A stretch of 64,000 nucleotides of DNA from the NCBI GenBank assembly GCA_964035545.1, contig OZ037765.1:10426698-10490697 (forward strand). The letters are read 5' to 3'. The position numbers and the translations under genes were made by a program. This document shows positions 12,107 to 27,100 of the stretch, in pieces. The DNA is from Bugula neritina. Its lineage: Eukaryota > Animalia > Bryozoa. The notes under the pieces are model-generated. The model was not told the DNA's origin. It saw nothing but the letters and a program-made list of their open reading frames with translations, and did not search any database. Positions within the stretch are counted from its first letter, which is position 1; each line of letters begins with the position of its first letter.

Positions 12107-15100
12107 ATGGGCAACTGGAACTCTACAGAATCAAGCCAAACAGTGGCACCCAAAGTTCTAAGTAGACAGACTTCAATGAAAAAGTCAGGAGAAGATCTTA
12201 ACTTTTTGGCTAAAGTTAAACGAGCAGAAGATGCTAGAAAAGAGGCAATTGCAGCACGCACTCATGATAGCAACAAGGTACATAGAGTTATGTTGCATAT
12301 GTACAAATATGGTCTCTGTGAACTTTGTTATGTGGTAACATAGTTTCTGGCTGATTGTGTGAAGGCATTCATCACGTAAAACTCTCAGCATGACTTCCAT
12401 TGATTGACTGGTTATTTCAAATGGTATAATAGAAAGCCGTTGGAAAACCCATCATTTAAATTCTACTATGTGCTATAAAATACCCTTACAGTTTAGAATA
12501 ACAAGCGCAATGCATACATGATCAGATTTGGAAAATAAAATCAAATAGTATCTATTAAATAAGTCTATCATTTTTTGTAAATTCACATTTACAGTTATTG
12601 CTAATGTAACTTGTAAAGTTTACTATCACCAACAAAGTTTAGTTCTTATTTTGGAGTTGTGCTCACAATAACAAGAGAAGTAGCAAATAGTGCTTTTAAA
12701 ATCAATATATGCCGTGAACTTCTCTCCTTAAACTGCTGAAGTTATAGGTTTCTAGCCAACTATTCAGCACTTTATCCTATACTTGTTATGAGGCAAAGGT
12801 CTGTACTAATATGAACTTTTTTGGTAGCTTAAAACCTATAATTATGCTTGTCCCTTATAGCTATGGTGGGATAACCAGGGGTATGTAATCAAATTGATTT
12901 TGATGAGAAAATTTAAAAGTACTTCTTGCGTGGGATGTTAAGTGTAGTAAATGGTCAAATGTTTATAAAATAGATTAAACTAGTAAGATGCTAAGTGACT
13001 GTACACAATAAATTGAGCATGAGAATTACTCAATTAGCCCCATATATTATGTCTTTTGGAAAATGATTCAAAACTGCCTCTAATTTTCCAAATTTTACAT
13101 AGTAAAAACATTTTGTTACTGTGGGTCTACAAAACTGTGTGTTCTTTTAAGCTTCATTTCTGTTTAGATGTTAGTAAAAACATTTCGGTCTAATAGTTTC
13201 TCATTTTACATGTCTAAGTGATTAAAGCAAGTTCAAATTGCATCATTGTTCACAACTTTTGTGTTTAACATACAGTGCACCAGAATTGTTGCTTTTGAAG
13301 GAAAATCAACAACTGCTGAAAAAGATTTTCAAGAGACTTGATCCATGCGTTTCAAAAGTAGATGCTGAAGTACGTGGAGAGATGCAAGTATCTCTCAAAT
13401 ATGACTTCAACAATTCCTCATTGCTAGTAAACGTAATAAAATGCAGAGATCTTGGAAGAAATAGTATTACTGGCAAGACAGCTGAACCATTCGTTACTGT
13501 AAGTCTCATAATTATATTCATAAAGTTTCCAGCAAATTGTTTAATTTTATCAAGAAATATGATTTTTAAAAGCCTTTCATCACCTGGTAACTTTTGTATC
13601 ATCAGAAACTTTAGATTCATTGACTATCGAGAAAAACGAAGTTTTAACATTTTACCTTACATGATGCATTCATAGGACACTTTTGCTTTCTTATACCAAA
13701 GAATTTATTTTCGTTCGGATATCTCTATGCTGTAAGCCTATAGGTTTAGTAAATGGTTTAAAGTCTGTTGTGTGGTGAAACATTTTTATGAAAACTTTCT
13801 GATTGGCAGATCTCATTACATCCCAATGAAGGTGAAACAAAAAAAACGTCAGTCTCACCAAACGCTCAAAATCCCGTCTTCAATGAGAAGTTTTCCTTCC
13901 CTTTGGAAGAGTTGTCTCTTACTGACAGCTTGTTAGTTCTCAAAGTTGTTGACCATGATTTGGTGAATGACGAGATAGAATTTCTCGGAGAAGTTATAGT
14001 TAACTTGAGGGACATCAACTTTCTGGAAACTCCAGTTCACACTGCTTGGTACACACTGCAAGCTGAGGTGTTGCTATTGACATTATTAAGTTAAATATAA
14101 ATATGTTTATATTATCACCTACCATCTCTCTAATCCCTATAATGACATTTTAAATAGCCATCCTTTGCGTATTGTTTTACTTTCAACTTTGCTGGAAGTA
14201 ATTAAATTTGAAAATTTACCTGCCGTTGAGGTTAAATGAAGTTTGCCCTTTTTGTAGACAACTTCATTTGTATAATTATATTATAGTTTTTTGAACAAGC
14301 AAGTACTTATGATTTGACTTTATGTTGTATTTAGACTGACCTTGATATAACTGGTGAACTAGATGTTGAATTGAATTATTCACTACCTCATACTCTCTCC
14401 ATCACAATACACCAAGCTGCCAATCTTAAGCAAACACATCCACAAAGGCCTCCTAGTGCAGTTGTGAAAATTGGCCTACCTGGTATGGAAAAAGTGCATG
14501 TCACAGAGGTAGGTGCTGAGAAATAAAGGAGATAACTCTAAGTGTTTTAAATTTCGATTTAATTGCTGTTTGTTTGCTAACCTAATTTTGCTCGGCACAA
14601 CTTTTAGCATCGATAATTCCCTTTTCATTTTAATTTTTCAAGTAAACAGGTATTATTTAAAAATAATGCAGTTTTAAATGACTTGACGAGCTGTTGGTGA
14701 TTTGTTTCGAGTAAAAATAAGACCTGGTAGTTATGAGCTGTGTGTAACCTTTTTCAGACAATTGTTAAACTTTTAAAACAATTAAATGTTTCAGCAACTA
14801 CAACTTGTACTAAATAAATTCTACATGCGTAAGCAGCAACAAATATGCAACCAAAACTTAGAAAAAAGATACGACACTTTCAAAACTTTGTTGGTATTGC
14901 GAAAGCAACTGTAAGACTGGTACCTGAATACTTTGCTATTTAAAAAATTTTTACTAGAATATAAAGTTGAATAATTTGCTGGTTTGTTTCAAATAATGAG
15001 CTGATGTTGAAAACTAAATACATGTTTTATACAATTTATCGGAGTGAATACAAACATATGACTGTTTTGTTTGTCCCTTGTCCATGATTTAGATATAAGT

Positions 15101-18100
15101 GAACGCAACTGTACTTCATACAGATAGCCTACTTTATTAGCTGCTTGCTTAGAAGAAATTTTAACAGAATTGAAAATTTTTGTGGCAAAACTGTATTTTA
15201 ATGTTTCAATTACTCAAAATTTTACTTTGAATATTGGCAGATATATATATTTTGGTTTATTGTCATGCCTGATCTATACTGTAGCATTATATTATAAGAG
15301 TGCTTGCGTGTAGGCAAAAATAACAGTATTCATGTGTATTCAAAGTTTCAAGTGGATTCAACAAATGTAATTGAGCAGACATTTATGGAAATGCTCTATG
15401 CGATCATGATATTGCATATCACCATGACAACACAGTGACAGTATTTTACTGCAGTCGGTTCATATGCTATTATAATATGCAATGGCTGCATCAGTTTTTA
15501 TTGAAGTTAATGCTATGTTATGGCTAATTATTTCTAGACACTGAGTCTCTGTGTAAAGGCATTTTGCCTCTTTAAATAAAGGGATTGTGCTTTAATGCTA
15601 TATAGGCAATTGCACCCTTCACCACCTCCAGCACTATTAATATAGCTCAATATTTGTGTGAATCTTCAAACATCTAATTTACCATTTTCAATGCTACTTA
15701 GAATTTTATATTCCAATAAAGAAGCTATGTGTGTCCCATGCATGCCTATGTTTAGTATCTAGCTACTACTATATTTGTGCAGGATTTTAAATTATACAAT
15801 TGCAGTTTTTATAAAAAGAGAATTTAATAAGAAAATAATAAAAAAATAATTGATAAGTTAATAAATATATTAATGTAGTAATGTGACTGCCATCCATTCT
15901 CATAGGTGTTATTATTTTGTACCAATTTTTTATTAATGCAAAAAGGAAATCATTGTAAATTACAGATTATAATGTTATCATATCAGAATATGTATTTTGT
16001 ATGCGTATTTGATTCACAAAATTTATAGTCAAGAGAATAAATATTGCAGGTGAAACCTGATGATGCAAATCCAAGTTGGAGTGAAACATTTACATATGAG
16101 GTACCTCAAGAAGAATTAGAAATGAGGTAAGATGAGGTCTTCGTGTCAATTTTGGAACTTACGTGAAATCATACATCATCATCATACGGATGGATTCTTC
16201 ATTCGATATTTGGAAATGGTTGCATTGAATGAAAACGTAACTATAAGTTAATGCAAACTGAAATCACGAATCCATCCGTATGAGCATCCATTCCAAATAT
16301 TGTGAAGTAACGGAAACAAGGTGGTAGTTACTTTTACATATTATATTATGGAAATATTTCAACTGTGTTGAGTTATTGGCAATAGGATCAGACCAGGTGA
16401 AATAATGTTTAACCATTTTCTTTAATGTATAAAATGCAACAATGAATATGGTGAACTAATAATTGATAGAGTTATTGTAAACCTTTGAGCAACTGCTTTG
16501 TTTGTTAATCACTAATAAAAACTTCAAGTAAAATTAAGTTACATTCAATAAAAATAGCTAAATATCTAAGTTCATTTCAACCTTCATGATTTCAACGTTT
16601 TTTTATATTTTAGTATTGATATTAGAGTAAAATTATTTAAAGTCAGCAATTTGTAAAGTGAAATAAAATTTTCATGTCAATGTCTAGTCCAGCACTTAAA
16701 ACTATAAAAATGTAAATTTCCATTAATGAATATAAATATTAAAAATATTCATTATATAATATGTAATTTTAAATATATGATAGCAACCAGTTTTCAAAGT
16801 AAAATAAAACTACAACTTTGATGTTTTTAAAACATATTATATAAGCTAGCCATTATTTTGCAGATATTATCTTTGATATGTAAAATTTTAAGTCCTTAAA
16901 ACCTTTGTTTTAGGCTTTGTATAATAATAAAACTATAGTTTCTTATATCACGGCTTAGTTAATCCATGATTCTTATCAAAAATAATATTTTCTCTGCGTA
17001 TAACTGATCCGGAAGATATAAAATATTATGCCTTGGTGAGCAAGACCTTAGACTGCTTAGAGTTTCACAATTGACTAGTTGTGCAGTCTTTATTGCAATA
17101 GTCAATTGAAACTGTGATGGTGGTCGTTTTACCACCCATTTGATAGTCTAACAATGTCTAGGATAGCACGTTAACAAAGACTTCTATCTTTCTGTCATTT
17201 ATATTTAATAGAGTATTAACTTGTTTCTCTAGGCACATTAATTTATCGAAGCAAGCAAAAAACGCAATTAATTTAATACACTTAAAGAAAAGCAGCCTGT
17301 AATAAAATTACCAACTAGCCTTGCAAAATTAGTGCCTCACGTTACTGAAGAAGGAAATAGTGTGAACTCTGCATTGGAAATTGTATCTAAGATTTATGAA
17401 CAAAAGTCCTTTTGACTTGCATTCTGTAAACGTATACCACAATTCAACATACATGTAGCTAAAGAGGAAGAAGTAGGGATCTTTCCAATAAACATAGTTT
17501 TGTAAGACTCATTAGCAATGACAGGAACTTGCAGATTTTAATCAGCTCACGTTTGTTGTAGACTGTACAGAACTTGTACCCTACATATATTATACGCTAG
17601 CTCTGCGTGTTGTTTATCTGATCGACTAATCATATACCATAATTGTTCTAAATTGACGTGTCTAGTATAAAATATTTATTCCATATTAAATATATTATTA
17701 TATGCAACATCTTATTATTATGCCAGCTATGGGTTACTTGTTGCAATTAATTGACTGAGAACTGGTTTTGGTATTCCAGTCAAAGATGCATCAATCAGTT
17801 CTGTCTATTTATTCATAGCTCAATTTGCAAGAATTCTATTCTAAAAGCCAAACTGTGTTTAGAATAATGTATAAAAGCAATCTTTAGTTTATGTTTATCA
17901 AAACTATAATAATGCAGTCGGAAGTTAAATTTACATGTATACCAGATGAGTGGGATGAAGCAAAGGTGAAAGCGGTGTTAACTTCAAATAGTTGTTACCT
18001 AGGTTAACATGCTAAATCTCTCACGATGCAGCTGCTATGTTGGGTTTTTAGCTACTTGATACTTACAAAAAAATCTTTAAATTTTCAATCCCGTAGGCTA

Positions 18101-21100
18101 GGGGGGCTCAAATAACTGATGAGTTTGTATGTGAGCAGTTGTGTATCATGAATATTTTTATATTCATTTTGGTGTATGATCATGTTTCATAGCTATATGC
18201 TTTGTTACTTGTTTCATACACATGTGTAAAAGAATGAAACTGTAAAATGATCTCAGCTAGTGCAGTATTAACTATATATTCATTGTGAAGAGCAATTGTA
18301 AAAGACCGCCAGGAATAGTATAGAGAGTACCATGCTTTATCTGTGAACATTCCATCACTGGCAATAATAAGTTTGTCTAGAAACCTACGCCTTCCATGGG
18401 GTAACAATTTGATTATACTACTATGTATTGTGCTTAAGTTTGCTCCAATGTTCCCACCAACTTTCAGGTTAATTTAAATATTATAACTAACCCAAGTACT
18501 GCTTGCAAGTTAGAATGCCTCTTTAGCTGTGGATAAGTATAGGGTATGTATATTGAAAGGTGTTATTAAGAAATATTCCCAAGGTAAGTATGCCAGAGCC
18601 GTACAGCTCGCTGGAGCCTTTCTACTGGTAATAAATACTACCTTTACAGGGGTAGCTACATTATTATAATACCACTTGCAGTCAGGCAATCACCTACTTG
18701 GATATCTCAACTCCAGCCTTTAAATTAAATACTAGTATATAATAGTCTATTATATTATATTGTCATCCTGGTAGCTAATAATTAAATTACTCAGATTAAT
18801 GTTCCGTGAACTGTAGCTTCAATAATCAGTTTCAGGTGACGGAGTAATAAGTTTATGCATTGCAGTTTGACAACTGCCTAAATATTATTATCTGCAATAA
18901 ACAATTAAACAATTTATGTTTACAATGCAAACTGTTGTCTTAATAAAATTAATATTCCTTTCATGTAATTTGTTAGGGTCAGTGTACACTGCACAAGGGC
19001 TGGTAGGCAAGTGTTAGACACCTTGTCAGAAAGTGTCAAATTTGACACTCTCTGGCAGGTGCTATTTCCTTATAAATGGCATATGCAACTGCAGGTTGAT
19101 CATGTTCTATTCCAAAAGAAATGTAGGCTGAGCTAATGATCTTAAGCAAGTAATTAAAGTGTTCTTATTAAGATATTGTCACTAAAAACTTACGCTGAAT
19201 TTTTGAGGCGACAAAGTTACAAGATCAAGTTTTAATTACTTTTTAAGCCGATTTTCTCAAACTGTATCAAGAATATAATATAATATAAAGATGAAAAGTA
19301 AGAAATGGCTTACAAGTATGAGGTTATCATTATTATTGTCATTGTTATTGTTACTGTTATGGAGTTGCTGATAATATCAATAGCAAAGTTCTCTCATCTA
19401 CAGATTAATGCCATATAAACCATCTTCCCAAGTAAAAGCATTCTAAGTTTGTATGAGCAGCTACTGAAATACTTACAAGACAGAAAATGTTATACCATAA
19501 TAATTCATCACCAGTCTGTAACATATTTATTGGGAGAGCTCAATGAGCATGAACTGTGTCACAGTTCTTTATTCCTAGGGTACAGGAACTCATAGCTGTA
19601 AAACCAACACCAATTTTATAATGAGGCTAAGCTAAAGTTATATACAAATTTTAAATTGTTATCATATAGATTTAACCCTCCCTAACATTATTTGGTTGAT
19701 CTACTGAATTCTTTTTGTTAAAGTTTGAAGCTTTTAGTACGTAAATAGTAAAACTAACACAAACACCTTCAATTAAAATTGTACCTAGCAAGTTGTGGCC
19801 TCTAATAAATAGTAAGGAGACCGTAAATTAAGCACTATATTAATGTATGGGAGTAGCTGACTGTTACGTTTATTACCTAATAATTATCTTTGTTTGGTAG
19901 GTGCCATCTTCCATATCCAAGCAAGGTTTGAAAACAATTTATTATCTTCAACGACAATTATAGTTATTATGTTATGCATACTGTTCGTGTGATGTACGCA
20001 GTTGACTTACCAACTGTGGGTGATTTTAACCAAATATATTGCGATAAAAAAATCTATAAAAGTGTAAGGTTAGGTGCTTTTGGTGTAGAAAAAGTGCTAC
20101 AGCACGCAGCAGTGAGATTAGTGTTTTATGCATGTTTGTTAAAGTTTTGTTTTCAAAATTTTAGTGTGCGTTGAAAAATATGATTTTAGGTTTCCTGAGA
20201 TTTTCTCAATATTTGGGTAGTCCTATACTCGTCAAAATGATATTTCTACAGTATTCAGTTTTCTTATGGTAATTAACAGCTATTTTATCTAATTATCATA
20301 AATTTACATGACACGTTACATTGAAGTAATTAATTATTTAGTGAAAATTTCTTTGCTTATTTCAAAGCGTTGTTGAAAATCTCAATATTTATCAGATAGT
20401 CTCTCCGGCACCACACTTTTCCACCTTCACATTGCCAAGAGGAATGGTTTTTGATGAAATTCAAGTGCAAAGGAATTCAGTTTGGAATATACGTTTTCCT
20501 TGCCATCTCCTTTGACATATCAACTTTTAAACAGTAACTGATGAAAATTCCTTGTTCGTTACATTTAAAAACTTATATAAAACACTTCAATTAAATATAA
20601 AAGCATAATTCTGTATACATTTTATAATTATGTATGAATTTTGAGATTTTTGTTTGAAAAAAGCTGATCGAAATGTAAAATAGAGAGGTAAATGTGATTT
20701 GCCTGTTGTATAGTTGGACTGTAATTATTTGTGAAACTAAGTTGTCTAGAAATATAGAATAAAAGCCTGGTTACAGTTTAATCAGACCTCCCAGACAAAA
20801 TCAGTGGCTGTTTCATTATATTATCTCGAGTTTAGGAAACTAGGGTAAGATTTTTGAAAAAATACCCAAAACATAGATATCTTCAACATTCAGCCAATAA
20901 TATTCTACTTGATGTGTAATGAATAACTTTAATTATGGAAACGAGCATTGAAGACCTCCAGTTGTCCGGTAGCAATTATTTTACTTTTGAGCGAGGAAAG
21001 TCATCTTTTGACCTTGCAAACAAATAGTTTCTGAAAATATATTGTAACAAAATAGACAGTATTTGTTAACAGCTGAAAGCAGAGTTATGAATTTATTAGG

Positions 21101-24100
21101 AGCTGTTTGGTTCCGAGTTATAGATTTTTGCTTAGCTTGGATTTATAACTTTAGATTTGATATTTGGGATTGAAATTCAATTGCTTTATTTCATTCATTT
21201 TCTACATATAAAGTCCTACTAGAACTAATATTCTTAAAAAGCTGCAATTCTGCTACCCTTTCCCTTCACAGAACATCCCCAAAGCTGTATGGCGACATTA
21301 ACTGCGTCATAGTGGAATGAATGACAGACTGAGCAAGTTTACGTCAACAAACTATATTCTAATATAGTTATATGCGCCAGTGTTTGATATTTATATTAAA
21401 ATATTTATTTTATGTGGTTATATGTCAATTTTTATTTAATTCTAAACTTGTATAAAATTACATTATAAAATACTATGATATACTATACATTATAGAATAC
21501 ACACCAAGACTTTGAAAGTTATGTAACCTTTTGTTAAATAAGGTTTATTAACCAGTTTCAACATCAACTAATTAAAAAGCTTTAAGAAACAATTGTTTGC
21601 ATTTATTTTGACCACCTATAGAAGTACATCACTATTTTCAAGCATTTAGAAAATTAGTTATAGCCCTTTGTTAGGTGGCAGCGAATAATCAGTCATACTT
21701 CTTTTGATGTTTGTTTATTTGTCATAGTAATATAGTAAAGCATAGTTGGTGCCTTTGATGCATCTTCTTTCATTCATTCTGTACTCTATGAGAATCAACT
21801 GGAATTTAATTAATTAATCTATTCTTTTATTTTTACTTTTAATGCAGTCACTGATAGAATGATGTCTATCTATGTCTTTTAAAGAAAAAGGTTCTAACAA
21901 ATGTAAGAACATACTCGATTGTAACATTATCGTTGCTCATAATTAGAAAGTTGTATCCGAATAACTTGTAAGTTCAACAATAGACATTTTAGTTCATTTC
22001 ATTCAGATACTGAATTTTACATATAGCTGAATTTTTCAAAATAGTTAGGTCAGATTTTATATACTAAATATTTTTTATAAGTTGGCGGCTCCTGTTTTGC
22101 TTCGATGAACTGCTTCTTAAGTGAACTTTTTACCTGCGATGCATAGTTTACTCTGTTATTGTCTACACATTGTGCCAACTGAAGAATCAGAAAAGGTGGA
22201 GGTTGATATTTGAGGCAGAAACATCGAGCAGGATATGGTGATTCTGCAGATAACATATCACTGATTGCTCTTTCACAGAAACGAGTGGAGGGCAATGTTA
22301 TTGTGTGTGATAAAGGGACTCCTAATTGCCCCTCGGCTTCCTCAACAGCTATAATTAACACGTAGCCATCTACAGGCAACACGTTGAGCTCAGAAAAGAA
22401 TTTTATTCTGTTGAACCAATTTTGAGATCAACTTATTTATAAAAGTGGCTTTCAAACTTACAACATAAACATGTTTAAACATAAATTAAAAATACCATGA
22501 TTATAAAAAGCCACCAATGACATGTATTCATCTAAAAATAGAATATTAAAACCAATGTCTATAGTCGTTACAAACCTATAAATATTTGAAAAATAAAATG
22601 GTTCATTAGTTTTTTAATATGATTATTAAGTTTGCTATTGTGAATAAGTTATAAATATCGAGTTACATAATGCATTTGGTCTATTGTTTTATAAAATGAA
22701 GTGTTTTCCTGTTGTGTAATGTTCTGGAATGTTCTACCCACTCTACTCTTTCAGATATATTGTGCTGACTGTGATAGACCAGAGTTCTCCTGATGATGCA
22801 TTGTTGGGGCACGTGGTGATCGATCTCGATAATTTAGATGTTGAGCATGGGTACAGAGGGAGCTTTCCTTTAGCAGATATGGTGAATTTTCTAAAATCAA
22901 CTAAATTATTCAAACCCTTTACAAGTACATGTTCCTTGCTTTTTATTTGTAAACATCATTCATGGAATAAATATAAATTAGGTATACCGAAAGTAACCTG
23001 TCAACACAGTGATGCAGAATTTGGTGTAAAATGCATAGATAAGTGCACTCAGTATATCTTTGGGGATTCAAATATGATTAAATTATTTATTTTGCAGTAG
23101 GATTTCTAGACAAGCCAGCAGTATATATACTATATGGATTTTTTGTTGTTTTTTATAGCAGATTAAATACTTGCTTTTGTTACTGAATGATTATGAAATT
23201 TGGAATTTTTTACCAACACTTAAGAACAAAATTTTGTAAAAAAAGCTCTGTATCGGCAAAATTTTTGGTCTGTACTTATAAGTAAAAATATTTTTTTACA
23301 TAATCATTCAATTTTCTACAAACTATGTATCTCTGTATATATGTATTTATTCATTTACAAAGACTTCAAAAGTTTTTTTTTAAAGTTAAAAGTTGACAAA
23401 GTTTTTCATGTTGTATTTTATACTTTGTAATTTATTAGCAGATAATATGGTAAAAATGCCATTAGCTTTTATTTAAATTGTTCCACTATAATCATTATTT
23501 TCAACATTGATGATCCTTGTCAAGCCTATACATAAAAGTGAATTGAATATTGCTGAGAATGTTAATGAAGGTATACTCTACATTAGCTTTCAGCAATATT
23601 CCTCAAGTAGCTCCTTCTTGACAATATTCTCTATTTATAGAGCCACACAGACAGACTGAGGAGCAGATGGTTTCAGACCACTCAGGCCCAGGAGTTTAGG
23701 GAAGCTCTTTGGGCCCACTCCTTTTTCAACTATCCTAACATCTTATTCCAGAATCATACTGGAAGAAAGGTGAGAAGAGCTTTTAAATGGCTAGTGGTGT
23801 TGATGTGTTAATCACTTGTCTTATTACTGTATCACACGTCGTTTATTTTCACCCTCAAACTTACATGCATTTTTATAAATATGTATTTCACTCATTTATA
23901 TGCGGCTATAGCTTTATTTCCTATATTGAATTCGTGTCTTTCAGTTGGAGCGCAGGCTGAATATTGCCAACGAGTTTTGGTTTTAGTTGCTTTTTATAGT
24001 CGTCAAACTTGCACATGCTCACTAGCACTTTTAAAGTACAGTACTTCCTCTCATCTCTGGTCTTATCATTTCCTCGATAGTTTTGTTAAAATTTCAATAA

Positions 24101-27100
24101 GATAATATACATTGCAAATTTTCGACATATAGCAATATACTCATATATGTAAAAGTCAAACTATAATGATTTCTTTCAGTAATTTAATAGCCAGTTGAAA
24201 ATTTATTAAGCTAGTGTTTAAATTTAAAATACTATTTATTATCAGTTACAGTCACCCTCATCTTGGCTTTGAGCGATTAAGGGTAATATAAAATGCTAAA
24301 ATTTGAATTTAGCAGTAAGCTTCTCCTATTTTATTTTATTGATAGTATTTATCGAAATCATTTATTTTAGCTAAAATCAATTTTCTTTATCCTAGTTGTA
24401 TATTGTATGTGTTTGAATACTATTTTTAAATATTACATACCGTCACAGTATTATACACTATAGTGGGTCAGCTGATGCAGATGGCTATGTTGTCATAACA
24501 CAATGGAGACATTTTAAACAGATTTCATGGGTGTTCAAACTGAAAAGTGCTCTTATATAAATTTACTTATAATTTCATTTTACAAACATGCCATTATTTT
24601 TTATATTTTAGTATTAATGGTTTAAAAGTTATCACTAGGTGTTATAAAGCTGTGTCATCGCTTACATTATTTTACGTTGAATAAATATTAAATATGCCTT
24701 CTTCCTTTTAGTTATATTTGCATATATGTGAACACTTTAGCTTATTTAATAAATATGTTGCACTCAATACTTAGCAGTGAACTTGATTCTTAGACTGTGA
24801 CATTGTAGAGTAGGGATTTCTGACTAGTTTTGACAATTCCAGCAAAAGAGGTTTTTTTTCATTTTTGCATATTGTTGAGGTGTCACTGTATATAAGCAAT
24901 GAAAGTTATTGCTGTCTTGCTGCCATTCTTAGTAGTTGTATAACTGGTAAAATAAAATATAGCTGCATATTGTCTAACAATGATTATAATAGCAAGTGTA
25001 ATTTAACACCAAATAGGGAAGTCCCATTTGCAAATTGGTTAAAATGAAGAGCAGTACACAAAAGATTGCAAACCCTTTCTGCAAACATATTCATGAACAT
25101 TTTTTATTTTCTTTTACTTTATTACACCTGATACAGATATATTTATCATCATTTTTCAAACTCTATTCTTTGGTGTTGTGTAGTCCTATACAGAAAAGTG
25201 ATATAACTATTTTTGCTAAAATTAAGAAAAATGCTAATTTTTGATACTGCTTAGATTTTTAAAGTAAATGTAAAAACTATCTTTAAGTAAAAACTATACA
25301 GTAAATAATGACCTAAGGCCAAAATTCATTACGTGTTCAAAACAAAATTTCACTGAAAGGTTTTGGTGTTGTAACTTGCAAACATAGGTTAATCAGCAAA
25401 ATTCCTATTATGAATTTCAGTAACTTTTTATGTTGTACTCTAATAACTGTGCTAGCTTTTTTCCTTGTGAGATAACAATTAGTTTTAGAAAAATAAATTT
25501 TGTTTTTAAAATAAGCAGCATAATGTAAATAGTGCTCAATATCCTCATGATTCATGATGTGTGCAAAGTATCATTTATTTTTTTTTATATTCATAACTTG
25601 CATTCAGACTAGAATAAATTGTAGTTATTTTGGTCCTGCCAAAACACTAATGCCTCTCCATTGTTTCACCAAACCTCTCAATCCTGTGCACTTAATTTTG
25701 GCAAAAGTTACGTCAGCTGTTTCAGGATTCATCCTAAAAAAACATTGAAATTTAATAAAATCATGGTAGTATGTGAAGGAAGCGTCATTTAAATGTCATT
25801 TTAATATACCACTTGATCCAACATTGTTCTTAACCATTTGAATGTATGAAGTATATTTTTCAATTTCCTCTTGCAAAATTCCAACTTTCTTGCAACACAA
25901 TTTCTATTTTCGATATATGTGTTGGTATTTTTGTGAACTGCTAAACCAAATGAATGGCTTAAAGACTTTATAGCCACATTAATAGAGTTAATGAATTTTC
26001 TTGCAATAATTATGTTTGATTTTACCAAATTCCAAGTATTGTGGTATGAAAAAAAAACAGAGTAAAGCTAAATAAACTTTTGTGAATCAGTATTTTAATT
26101 GAAAAGAGGTATTGGTTGCCACATTAGAACTGAGTTCAGTACTTGGTGAGAGAATCAAAACATTCACTAACATGTACTCTAAGGCTGACTGCCTGTAGCT
26201 AGCAAGTTTTTATTGTGTCTGATTGTTCAGGGGTTCTTGTACCTTCTAATGAAGTGTTAGTAATTAGAAAAGGATGCGTGGTGTAGTTAGTGTGTTTTGT
26301 AACACTTTTATTGTGTGTTTTGGCAATGAACATTGGTTAGTTATACTGATATGATTAAGATGATGAGTCAACTGCTGCTGAGGTCAAACTCTTGTGCTGT
26401 CTGTGTAGTGAATGTGACAGAATTACTCATGCTGCTGCTTAAAACAACACTATCCACACGCTAGACAAACATATTTATATATACATGTAAATAAAAACCT
26501 GCAAATTTATATTTAGCTAATACTTTTATATAACATAAGTGAATCAATAATGTTGTGACTGGCAAGAAAAGGTGGTGGAGTTTTGTGATGATTTGTATAA
26601 TTCGAAGTGTGAAAATTGCGGCAGTTATTCCTGGCCTTCATGTTGTTTGAAAGGTCAGAGTGCAGTTGCAACATTACAATTATTTATACCCACATAACCA
26701 GACCGTGTAAATTAGCCAGTTTTGCCTTCTTCTTTATTTGCTACCATAATTTTGTTAGATATTATGTCTTATACAATTTTAAGTCTAGACTGGGATATAG
26801 ATCCAGCCCTAGTTCAATAGATGGGCTCCAATATTCTGGAGACAATTTGACTGTTGAATAAAAAATCTTAATGGCGCATCTATTAGATCTCATAGCCTTA
26901 TTTCGTTCCCTTTAATTGGAAACTATATTTCAAATAGCTACCATAAATCAGTACTTTCAGTCCAATTTCTGGTGTAGTTTCCAGTGTTTTCAGTCCAATT
27001 CTAGGTAACATGATATTTATGCAATACTTACAATTAAAGTAGTTTATGGGACTTCAATAAATGTTGCAACAGTAAGAACTAGAACATTCCGAGTGGAAAC

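Noticed and set aside
18527-18583. Possible extra C2-gene exon ending at the strong donor AAG|GTAAGT
   Set aside because: In-frame stop in the required phase; exons 6 and 7 join correctly without it.
22050-22382. 110-aa minus-strand ORF nested in the C2-gene intron
   Set aside because: Non-ATG start, no recognisable domain, no partner exons.
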